A stretch of 64,000 nucleotides of DNA from an uncultured archaeon (GCA_964410585.1 CAYPFW010000001.1:447814-511813), one strand, 5' to 3'. Counted from the first letter of the stretch, positions 37,355-44,093 are shown. The notes: a model not told the origin generated them from the sequence alone. A program made the numbers and translations.

Positions 37355-38008
37355 ATGTTCAACCCATTTAGCGTAACAGGCGCGGTTGATGACGCAAAGA
37401 AAAACCGCAGTTTGGGTAAGTCAGTAGTAGTGAACGTAATTGCAGGCGTACTAGTATTAGTAGGCCTTGTAATAACCTTCGCAGTAAACCCTCTATTGGG
37501 AGCTGTTGGTGGTGCAGTCACTGGTGTAATTGCTGGTGTCGGTGCTATCATTGGTCTTCTAGTAGGTGAACTGATCCTTGGATGGGTCTACAGCTTGGCT
37601 GTAGGTGTTATCGGAGGAAAGGGTAGTCTATACGAAGGATTTACAGCACTAACATATCCAACATACGTTCTAGCACTAGGATGGCTAGTTGCTTCAGTTT
37701 TGGGATTGATCCCTCTAGTAGGACCTTTATTGGCTCTATTGGTCGGTTTGATCTTTGGAGCAATCGGTGTAGCTACATTCTTTAGGGTAACAAAAGATTT
37801 GTTTGCTCTAGACTATGTCGCAACATTAGTAGCTGTCGGTGTTTTAGTCCTAGCACTTAGTGTTGCTGGTGTATTCGCTGCAGGAACAGCTTTCACACAA
37901 TTAGGCGGATTACTCGGTAGTACAGGCGGACTAACAGGCGCTGGAGCAGCTAATCCACTTGCTGGATTGGGCGGCCTTGGTGCATTGAACCTACCAACAG
38001 GATATTAA
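37355..38008 (+). CDS. Gly/Ala/Val-rich polytopic membrane protein (Yip1-like?)
   Basis: MFNPFSVTGAVDDAKKN followed by about 5 TM segments and a GGLTGAGAANPLAGLGGLG tail. The gene looks GC-richer than its surroundings. Confidence 0.5.
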   Translation: MFNPFSVTGAVDDAKKNRSLGKSVVVNVIAGVLVLVGLVITFAVNPLLGAVGGAVTGVIAGVGAIIGLLVGELILGWVYSLAVGVIGGKGSLYEGFTALTYPTYVLALGWLVASVLGLIPLVGPLLALLVGLIFGAIGVATFFRVTKDLFALDYVATLVAVGVLVLALSVAGVFAAGTAFTQLGGLLGSTGGLTGAGAANPLAGLGGLGALNLPTGY

Positions 38009-38084
38009 TGACTTAACCTAGAAATAGATTATTAACTTTTTCTTATTTTTTTGTTTTCTAGCGTAAGCTTTTTCTGGGAAAAAA

Positions 38085-38152
38085 GTCGTGTCTCGTTCCA
38101 ATATCAAAAGACACGAGACATCTCAGCATCTTTCGCATTGGTGAGATGCTGA
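38085..38152 (-). repeat. X repeat core (reverse)
   Basis: GTCGTGTCTCG...CACGAGACATCTC (38112-38124)...GGTGAGATGCTGA. Confidence 0.8.
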
Positions 38153-38217
38153 CTTAAGCAAAAATAGGAGCCTAAATTTTTGCTCATTGTGATTCGCAAA
38201 AATTTTACGGCTTCCAC
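38153..38217 (-). repeat. Y repeat (reverse)
   Basis: AAAATAGGAGCCT, hairpin AAATTTTTGC/GCAAAAATTT, CGGCTTCCAC. Confidence 0.8.
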
Positions 38218-38245
38218 TTTTAAAACCTAGAACTAAAAACAAAAG

Positions 38246-38581
38246 ATGAGGCAGTTTCTTAGATCAAAAATTGAGAGGCTTAGGATTACTTCTATCAATC
38301 CAGAAGGTGTTGGTGGAATTGTTTTAGACGGGTTTTTAATGGAAAAAGCTGGCATATTACCCGGAGAAAGAGTTTTAGTTGGAAATATTTCTAACGGTCA
38401 ACACTGGGAAACTCATGTGACTCAGGGAGAAAAGTTTATGGTTTCTGTTAGAGAATCAGGAGCCAAACTTTGTAAGATTGGGGATATCCTTGCCATCTCT
38501 ACATTTGAACTTTCTGATTTACCAATAAAACCAAAAATAGTTGTTGTAGATAAGGAAAACAAATTTGAGAAAATTGTTTAG
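38246..38581 (+). CDS. PanD-like (aspartate decarboxylase fold) protein lacking the self-processing Ser
   Basis: Aligns by eye to PanD (KIERLRIT..., AGILPGERV, NISNGQHWETH, IGDILAISTF). However, the Gly-Ser cleavage site reads GVGGIVLD. Confidence 0.6.
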   Translation: MRQFLRSKIERLRITSINPEGVGGIVLDGFLMEKAGILPGERVLVGNISNGQHWETHVTQGEKFMVSVRESGAKLCKIGDILAISTFELSDLPIKPKIVVVDKENKFEKIV

Positions 38582-38644
38582 ACTGTAAGAAAAATATAGT
38601 TTTTATAAGCCGGTTTGTAAAAAAGTTTCCTTATCCCTAAAAGA

Positions 38645-39904
38645 CTAGGTTGGTCTTGATCCCCAATATCCTTTAGGTTTATCATGCCTAGGTCTATGAG
38701 GCCTGTTTTGTCTTTCTGATTGTCTTTCCCTTCTCCAATCCATTGGTCTGTGGAAGCCTCTGTCTGGCCTTCTTTCTGGGAATTTTTTCACAAAAACCCT
38801 TTGGAATTGGGGAAGTTCCATTTGCTCAACTTTTATTGAATGGTCCCTCAAAACAGCATTGAAATTATTGTAATCCATTTCATCTAAAAGATTTATTGCC
38901 AAGCCACTTTTTCCCATTCTAGCTGTCCTTCCAACCCTGTGGACATATTCTTTTGATGTTTTGGGAATGCTGTAATTGAATATGTGTGTTAAGTCTTTGA
39001 TGTCTAATCCTCTCGCAGCAACATCACTTGCAACTAAAATGTTTATATGTTGATTCCTGAAGCTTTCCATTACCCTGTTTCTTTTTTCTTGGCTTAGGCC
39101 TCCATGTAGAGCCATTGCCTTTATCCCGTTTTCATATAGGTTCCTTGCAACTATGTCAACTTCCCTTCTTGTTGAACAGAAAACAAGTGCAAGCCTTGGG
39201 TTTTCTGCTTTCATTAGATGAACAAGTAGAGAAAATTTTTCACCTCTTGGGACATCATAGTAAACTTGTTTTAGAAGTTCTTTTTTTACAAAATCTTGAG
39301 TCTTTATTTTTTCTGGGTTCTTCATGTACCTCAATGCTATCTTTTGGACATCATGATTGAAAGTTGCACTGAACAATAAAGTTTGTCTTTCTTTTGGACA
39401 AAGAGAAATTATTTGGGTTATGTCGTCTATGAATCCCATGTCTAACATCCTGTCTGCTTCGTCTAGGACTAAAAACTTAATTTTGCTTAGGGACAGTGTG
39501 TTCCTTCTTAGGTGATCTAAAAGCCTTCCTGGAGTTCCAACAACTATGTCAGCTGATTTTAGGTTTTCTATTTGTGGATTCATACTGACTCCACCATAAA
39601 CAGTTGTGATGAAAACCTTTTTGTGTTTTGAAAAACTTCTCAGATTTTTTGCTATTTGTTCTGCTAACTCCCTTGTAGGAGCCATTATCAAAGACTGTAT
39701 TCCAAAGCCATGTTTTACTTTTTCCAAAATCGGCAAGCCAAAAGCAGCTGTCTTTCCAGACCCTGTTTCTGATTGGCCCATAACATCTGCACCTTTCTTT
39801 ATTATAGGTATTGCTCTTTCCTGTATTTCTGTTGGTTCTTTGAACCCCAATTCTAGAATTGCATCTAGGATTGGTTTTTCTAAATTCATTTCTGCGTATT
39901 TCAT
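38645..39904 (-). CDS. DEAD-box ATP-dependent RNA helicase
   Basis: Q motif, SETGSGKT, DEAD, SAT and HRVGRTARMG. ATG at 39904 (the track start at 39916 is a TTG). Confidence 0.9.
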   Translation of the reverse strand: MKYAEMNLEKPILDAILELGFKEPTEIQERAIPIIKKGADVMGQSETGSGKTAAFGLPILEKVKHGFGIQSLIMAPTRELAEQIAKNLRSFSKHKKVFITTVYGGVSMNPQIENLKSADIVVGTPGRLLDHLRRNTLSLSKIKFLVLDEADRMLDMGFIDDITQIISLCPKERQTLLFSATFNHDVQKIALRYMKNPEKIKTQDFVKKELLKQVYYDVPRGEKFSLLVHLMKAENPRLALVFCSTRREVDIVARNLYENGIKAMALHGGLSQEKRNRVMESFRNQHINILVASDVAARGLDIKDLTHIFNYSIPKTSKEYVHRVGRTARMGKSGLAINLLDEMDYNNFNAVLRDHSIKVEQMELPQFQRVFVKKFPERRPDRGFHRPMDWRRERQSERQNRPHRPRHDKPKGYWGSRPT

Positions 39905-39916
39905 ATTTGAGTGCAA

Positions 39917-39933
39917 CCGCGATGTTATCGCGG
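39917..39933 (-). promoter_or_regulatory. 17-nt perfect palindrome upstream of the helicase start
   Basis: CCGCGAT-GTT-ATCGCGG. In gene orientation it is identical to 23639-23655 and lies 12 nt before the ATG. Confidence 0.55.
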
Positions 39934-40193
39934 AGACTTCTAACTCTCCTTTTTAGTTTTATAGAAATATCTTACTAAGCCACAAGGCTCATATCGATTA
40001 TAGCGTAGAGAATATCTGCGCGCAAAAGCCAGAAGTTCTGGCATAGAACAAGTCTTACCAAAATTTCCAACTTTAGTTTCTATTAACTATATCAAAATAG
40101 TAACCAAGGGCTTATAAAGGTTATTCCTCTCTGTGCCCACAAAACAAGATTTCTGTAATTGTGCTCACAAAAATCAGAAAAATACTTTAACCA

Positions 40194-40321
40194 GGTTTTG
40201 GGTACGGTAGCCTTTTGACAAAGGCGGAAGTCGCGTCTCCAATTAGCTGAGTGTTCAGTTAGTTGTTCGCGAGACGTCTCTGCGTCAATTTAGCAGGAGA
40301 CGCAGACCTTGAAAAGGCTAG
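40194..40321 (-). repeat. Long-form X repeat (reverse), starting 2 nt after the peroxiredoxin stop
   Basis: GGTTTTGGGTACGGTAGCC...GCGTCTCCAATTA...CGCGAGACGTCTCTGCGTC...GACGCAGA...GAAAAGGCTAG. Confidence 0.8.
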
Positions 40322-40323
40322 CT

Positions 40324-40893
40324 CTAAATCTTCCCAACCAAATCTAAGCCGGGTTTCAATGTTTTTTTTCCTGGTTCCCAGTTTGCTGGGCAGACAAAGC
40401 CTTTGTTTTCTCTGACAAATTTTGCAGCCTGAAGTTTTCTCAATAATTCTTTTGCACTTCTTCCAATACTATTATCATGAAGTTCAAAAGCTTTTAGAAT
40501 TCCGTCTGGATCAATTATAAAAGAACCTCTCAAAGACAAACCCTCTTCTTCAATATATGTTCCAAATTCCTTGCAAATATTTCCAGTTGGATCAGCAAGC
40601 ATTGGATATTTTATTTTTTTGATAGAAGGTGAGTTGTCGTGCCATGCTTTGTGAACAAAAACAGTGTCTGTGCTGACTGACATGATTTCTGCACCGAGCT
40701 TCTGGAATTCTGGATATAGGTCTGCTGCTTCTTCTAATTCTGTTGGACAAATGAAAGTGAAATCAGCCGGATAGAAAATTAAAACAACCCATTTTCCTCT
40801 AAAATCTGAAAGTTTCAAAACCTTTTCTTCTTCATTTACAAAAGCCTTTGCTTTAAAGTCTGGAACTGGGTGACCTATTTTTACCATACTCAA
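40324..40893 (-). CDS. 2-Cys peroxiredoxin (AhpC/TSA family)
   Basis: FYPADFTFICPTEL active-site motif and a C-terminal resolving Cys (GFVCPANW). Confidence 0.9.
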   Translation of the reverse strand: MSMVKIGHPVPDFKAKAFVNEEEKVLKLSDFRGKWVVLIFYPADFTFICPTELEEAADLYPEFQKLGAEIMSVSTDTVFVHKAWHDNSPSIKKIKYPMLADPTGNICKEFGTYIEEEGLSLRGSFIIDPDGILKAFELHDNSIGRSAKELLRKLQAAKFVRENKGFVCPANWEPGKKTLKPGLDLVGKI

Positions 40894-41070
40894 TTAGAAA
40901 TCGACACAACCGATTTCAATTCTCTAACCCCTTAATAGCTACATTTGCCTTTTACATAAAAGAAGTAGCCATAGTTTTATTGAAGTTTAGATTTAAATAT
41001 CTTTTTGGGTAATAAGGTTTTCCCATGGTAAGACACAGGCCCCTCTCAAGTCGTTCAGAGAAGACCAAAA

Positions 41071-41107
41071 TTGAAACTAAGTGTCTTAGTTTCTCGCGAA
41101 TACTTGG
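41071..41107 (+). repeat. Linker copy C0 (diverged)
   Basis: TTGAAACTAAGTGTCTTAGTTTCTCGCGAATACTTGG. Same layout and same GTGTC centre as C3. Confidence 0.55.
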
Positions 41108-41232
41108 AGCGATCGAGCCTTTGCAAATAGAATTGAAAGGCGAAGAAGTTTGAGAGCCCGAACTTGTTATCATTAACAATTTATTCAGACATTATTTAGG
41201 TGCCCGCAGTTATCTCGAAATATATTAGAATT

Positions 41233-41583
41233 TTATTCCACATATTCCCCACGAATTGCAATAACTTTAAACCTAATGGCCAAATCTTCAATAATATCTG
41301 CAGCACCTGATTTATCACACTTTGATGTTCCTAGAACCTCATAACCTCCACGAGACCCCCCTAACCTATCTATAAAATAATCTTGCATCTCCTTAAAGAA
41401 CTCTAGATATCCCTCGTTACAAATTGTAACTTCGCGACGCTCATGATCAATTGCTATTGCACAATCTATTCTTTCACCAGACAAATGAAAAAGAGTTCTT
41501 CGCAACCCATCAGAAACCGCATTTCTATATTGCCCTAGATTTTCAAATTCTACTATCTTTTGTCTTGTCATTTTTTCACCCAA
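41233..41583 (-). CDS. Cassette ORF a, hypothetical (116 aa)
   Basis: Flanked by inverted repeats TTTGAGAGCCC (41149-41159) / GGGCTCTCAAA (41647-41657) and AGGTGCCCGC / GCGGGCACCT. Confidence 0.55.
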   Translation of the reverse strand: MGEKMTRQKIVEFENLGQYRNAVSDGLRRTLFHLSGERIDCAIAIDHERREVTICNEGYLEFFKEMQDYFIDRLGGSRGGYEVLGTSKCDKSGAADIIEDLAIRFKVIAIRGEYVE

Positions 41584-41657
41584 TATAAAATGTAATTTTA
41601 AAGCATATAAGCTTGTGGATCTCGTGGGCGGGCACCTCGTTAGTGAGGGCTCTCAAA

Positions 41658-41711
41658 TTTCACTTAATGATCTTATGCTCCCACGATAGTGGTTCGAACG
41701 CAGTGAGAAAG
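41658..41711 (+). repeat. Linker copy C1 (left arm replaced)
   Basis: TTTCACTTAA-TGATC-TTATGCTCCCACGATAGTGGTTCGAACGCAGTGAGAAAG. Confidence 0.75.
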
Positions 41712-42095
41712 TCGAGATTGCAGTGCAAAAATAAAAACAAGTTTTTGGATTTAATTGTTAAACGGTGGGGGCGGGTTTGTAGTTCCAGTTCTTACTATAA
41801 CTACCAACTCTCCAAGGTTCACAATCTCTTCTGCCAACAATTTCCCACCACATACCAGGGAAAAGGATAGTCGCTATAAAAGTATCTCCTATCTGCTCCA
41901 TGCGTGTATCAGAATAAGTCCTGATATCTTTTCTTAACTCATCAAAAAGATAACCCACTTTAGTTCTGTATACTTTTCCTGTATCTTCAGATACCCATTT
42001 TGGTTTAAACATACAAATAATTAAAGTGTAAATAATTTAAGCTTAACCCCGCCCCCTCGCCAGTCGTCTAGGAATCCAAAAACCTGCGATCTCGA
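41712..42095 (-). mobile_element. TIR-bounded small-ORF element b (384 bp)
   Basis: TCGAGATTGCAG..TTTTTGGATT..GGGGGCGGG at the left. The right end is the inverse: CCCCGCCCCC..AATCCAAAAACCTGCGATCTCGA. Confidence 0.7.
41758..42012 (-). CDS. Cassette ORF b, hypothetical (84 aa), paralog of ORF e
   Basis: MFKPKWVSEDTGKVYRTKVGYLF.... The C-terminal ...KPAPTV is encoded by the GC-rich TIR box. Confidence 0.6.
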   Translation of the reverse strand: MFKPKWVSEDTGKVYRTKVGYLFDELRKDIRTYSDTRMEQIGDTFIATILFPGMWWEIVGRRDCEPWRVGSYSKNWNYKPAPTV

Positions 42096-42130
42096 TTGAG
42101 CATAATGATCTTATGCTCCCACGATAGTGG
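42096..42130 (+). repeat. Linker copy C2 (3'-truncated)
   Basis: TTGAGCATAA-TGATC-TTATGCTCCCACGATAGTGG. Confidence 0.8.
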
Positions 42131-42136
42131 CGAGAC

Positions 42137-42433
42137 TTACTTTGGCTGATCAGAAGTCGAAGAGTCGACGGCGGAGGCTCTTGAAACAATATATTCTTCT
42201 GTAAAATTTTCGAGTTCGGTAAGAACTTCTGGGTCAGATCCTATATAAGCAAATAATCTGTGTGCAAGCATATCATAACTACCAACTTCTTTACCTTCTC
42301 TATCATAAATTAAAGCACCATCAATCCCTGGAATATCTAAAACTCTGAAGCCTCTTCTCTGTATTGATTCTGCAAAATCTTTAAAAGATTCGTCCCTTCC
42401 TAATTGATATTCTCCAATTTTAATTTGTTTCAT
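42137..42433 (-). CDS. Cassette ORF c, hypothetical (98 aa)
   Basis: Bracketed by TCGACGGCGGAGGCTC (42165-42180) / GAGCCGAAGCCGTCGA (42478-42493), 13/16 complementary. Confidence 0.55.
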   Translation of the reverse strand: MKQIKIGEYQLGRDESFKDFAESIQRRGFRVLDIPGIDGALIYDREGKEVGSYDMLAHRLFAYIGSDPEVLTELENFTEEYIVSRASAVDSSTSDQPK

Positions 42434-42493
42434 AAGCTATGAATTGACACCAAGTTTTAAATATACCAAACACAGAAGAGCCGAAGCCGTCGA

Positions 42494-42563
42494 TTGAGCA
42501 TAAGTGTCTTATGCTCCCACGATAGTGGTTCGAACTTGGGAAAATGATATAGAAGTGAGAAAG
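42494..42563 (+). repeat. Linker copy C3 (complete, centre GTGTC)
   Basis: TTGAGCATAA-GTGTC-TTATGCTCCCACGATAGTGGTTCGAACTTGGGAAAATGATATAGAAGTGAGAAAG. Confidence 0.85.
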
Positions 42564-42581
42564 TCGCATGTGGAGGGGCTA

Positions 42582-42836
42582 TTAACCATATTTTATTTTA
42601 TGAAACAGAACAGTTAATGAAAAAATAAATGTAACTATATTTATGCTTATCAAGGGCAACGAATTAATCAATACACCATAAATCAACCACAATAACTGAC
42701 TTATCGTAAGGATAAGATACATGTGAAAGTTAATATCGCGAGTCAACTTGGTTCTCCACACTTGAACTACTTGAGGGAAAATAGCAACAATTGACAAAAT
42801 GGTGGCAATATACCCGAGAAGGTCAACATAAATCAT
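42582..42836 (-). CDS. Cassette ORF d: SemiSWEET / PQ-loop 3-TM transporter (84 aa)
   Basis: Three TM segments with FPQVVQVWRTK and LWLIYG motifs. Bracketed by TCGCATGTGGAGGGGCTA (42564) / TAGCCCCGGAACATGCGA (42888). Confidence 0.7.
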   Translation of the reverse strand: MIYVDLLGYIATILSIVAIFPQVVQVWRTKLTRDINFHMYLILTISQLLWLIYGVLINSLPLISINIVTFIFSLTVLFHKIKYG

Positions 42837-42888
42837 ACAATTAATTGAATTCGCATATGTAAATATTTTTTAGCCCCGGAACATGCGA

Positions 42889-42957
42889 TTGAGCATAATG
42901 ATCTTATGCTCCCACGATAGTGGTTCGAACTTGGAAAATAATATAGAAGTGAGAAAG
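42889..42957 (+). repeat. Linker copy C4 (complete)
   Basis: TTGAGCATAA-TGATC-TTATGCTCCCACGATAGTGGTTCGAACTTGGAAAATAATATAGAAGTGAGAAAG. Confidence 0.85.
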
Positions 42958-43413
42958 TCGAGCTCGCAGTTAACAAATAGAAACAAGCTTTTGGATTAAT
43001 CTGTCAAATCAAGAGAGGGGGCGGGGATTGTTTTTGGTTCATCGATTTTTCTCAAATCATAGAAAGATCTAAGATAAAAATAAGGTACTAAAGCAGGAGT
43101 AACGACTATTCCAGAAATACCAATGCCTAAGCTAAGCAACGCATCTACAGGATCTTCTTCCCAGTTTTCTTTTGATATATCAAGATCTCTATATATACTA
43201 TCAACAGCTTTTGAAAAAGACCAACCTAAACGGGTTCTATAAACCAGTCCATACTCCTGACTCAAATGATTAATTGTAGAACGTGTAAGTTCCTCACTTT
43301 CTGAAACAGCTGTCTTGGGAATAAACATATAACCAAAATATAACTGCAAACAATTTAAGCTTAATCCCGCCCCCTCGTAAGTTGCCTAGTAATCCAAAAA
43401 CCTGCGAGCTCGA
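42958..43413 (-). mobile_element. TIR-bounded small-ORF element e (456 bp), homologous to element b
   Basis: TCGAGCTCGCAG..CTTTTGGATTA..GAGGGGGCGGGGATT at the left. The right end is the inverse: AATCCCGCCCCCTCG..TAATCCAAAAACCTGCGAGCTCGA. Confidence 0.7.
42996..43328 (-). CDS. Cassette ORF e, hypothetical (110 aa), paralog of ORF b
   Basis: Start set at MFIPKTAVSESEEL...LVYRTRLGWSF, matching the ORF b N-terminus. The C-terminal ...IPAPSLDLTD is encoded by the TIR box. Confidence 0.6.
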   Translation of the reverse strand: MFIPKTAVSESEELTRSTINHLSQEYGLVYRTRLGWSFSKAVDSIYRDLDISKENWEEDPVDALLSLGIGISGIVVTPALVPYFYLRSFYDLRKIDEPKTIPAPSLDLTD

Positions 43414-43436
43414 TTGAGCATAATCAGTGTTAAGTG
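43414..43436 (+). repeat. Linker copy C5 (right arm replaced)
   Basis: TTGAGCATAA-TCAGTG-TTAAGTG. The new right arm is the reverse complement of the C1 left arm CACTTAA. Confidence 0.7.
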
Positions 43437-43515
43437 ACTCTGTTAGGAGCGAGGCTTAACAGGTTATTAAGTAGCCGAAGAGTCGAAAGAAAGTAAACAA
43501 CTAATAGGGGCGGAA

Positions 43516-43884
43516 TTAGTCAGATCGTCTAGGCATAGATATAATGGTTGGTTTACCCATATCATCCCAAGCTTCCCAGGCTTCTCGAGAAACACCTGTT
43601 TGTCTAACGTCATCCCCAGTAACTACATGTGGAGGTTGAGCGTCTTCTGGAAGATTTTGCACATATCTATCAAAAACCCTACTAACAGCATAAAGTGTAA
43701 ATCCAGGATTTCCCCCAGTAAGTTCTTCCAAAGCGGCATAACCAGAATCATCAAATCTAATAAAACTACCAGGCTCTTGACCCATCGCTTTGTGTGCAAA
43801 ATCTAATCTACGCTCAACGACTGGTCTAACCATAGAACGGTTGGTAGGTATTTCGATGTAACGCATCTCAATTGGCTCTGACAT
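43516..43884 (-). CDS. Cassette ORF f, hypothetical (122 aa)
   Basis: Bracketed by TCGAAAGAAAG...GGGGCGGAATT (43483-) and AATTACGCCC...CTTTCTTTCGA (-43970). The composition looks GC-richer than neighbouring genes. Confidence 0.55.
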   Translation of the reverse strand: MSEPIEMRYIEIPTNRSMVRPVVERRLDFAHKAMGQEPGSFIRFDDSGYAALEELTGGNPGFTLYAVSRVFDRYVQNLPEDAQPPHVVTGDDVRQTGVSREAWEAWDDMGKPTIISMPRRSD

Positions 43885-43970
43885 ATAATCACCAAATCAA
43901 CCATTAAATATTGAAAGTAAACTATTTAAGTTATAAATTACGCCCTTCACGGTTAACCGCTTTCTTTCGA

Positions 43971-43985
43971 TTTCACTTAAGAGAC
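43971..43985 (+). repeat. Linker remnant C6
   Basis: TTTCACTTAAGAGAC shares TTTCACTTAA with C1. Confidence 0.45.
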
Positions 43986-44093
43986 TTTATACGAACGTTG
44001 ATAAACTAGACTGATTTTGGGCTTTATTTGTTGTTTTGAGATTGTTTTGGATATATTGATTCTGACGCTTCTGGAAATCTATAGACGCTAAAT

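Larger units (their letters stand above)
41071..43985 (-). mobile_element. Array of six small-ORF cassettes separated by a conserved recombination-site-like linker
   Basis: Direct linker copies lie at 41071, 41658, 42096, 42494, 42889, 43414 and 43971. Each intervening ORF is bracketed by its own inverted repeats. A tyrosine recombinase lies at 44712-45599. Confidence 0.6.

Noticed and set aside
37195-37551. Minus-strand 118-aa ORF, and the long N-terminal extension of the plus-strand ORF from 37199.
   Set aside because: Both are artefacts of the GC-richer Gly-rich gene and of upstream repeat DNA. The ATG at 37355 gives a sensible membrane-protein N-terminus.
38246-38581. Calling this ORF a functional aspartate 1-decarboxylase (panD).
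   Set aside because: The Gly-Ser self-cleavage site and the catalytic Tyr context are not conserved in my by-eye alignment, so it is annotated only as PanD-like.
40952-41179. Track ORF of 75 aa on the minus strand.
   Set aside because: It overlaps the diverged linker copy C0 and the left inverted repeat of cassette a, has odd composition, and shows no start context. It is probably non-coding.
41658-42957. The GGTTCGAAC in every linker copy looks like a tRNA T-loop, and GAGCATAATGATCTTATGCTC could be an anticodon arm, suggesting tRNA genes or tRNA-derived att sites.
   Set aside because: No acceptor stem or D arm can be drawn. The T-loop-like motif has no complementary 5-bp stem. The putative anticodon stem is 8 bp. 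Position 37 of the loop would be a pyrimidine, and copy C3 lacks U33. I therefore do not call any tRNA in this window.
41071-43985. A CRISPR array, given the regularly recurring direct repeat with an internal palindrome.
   Set aside because: The intervals are 250-450 bp rather than about 30-40 bp. They contain ORFs with their own inverted repeats, the repeat copies are of unequal length, and no cas genes are present in the window.
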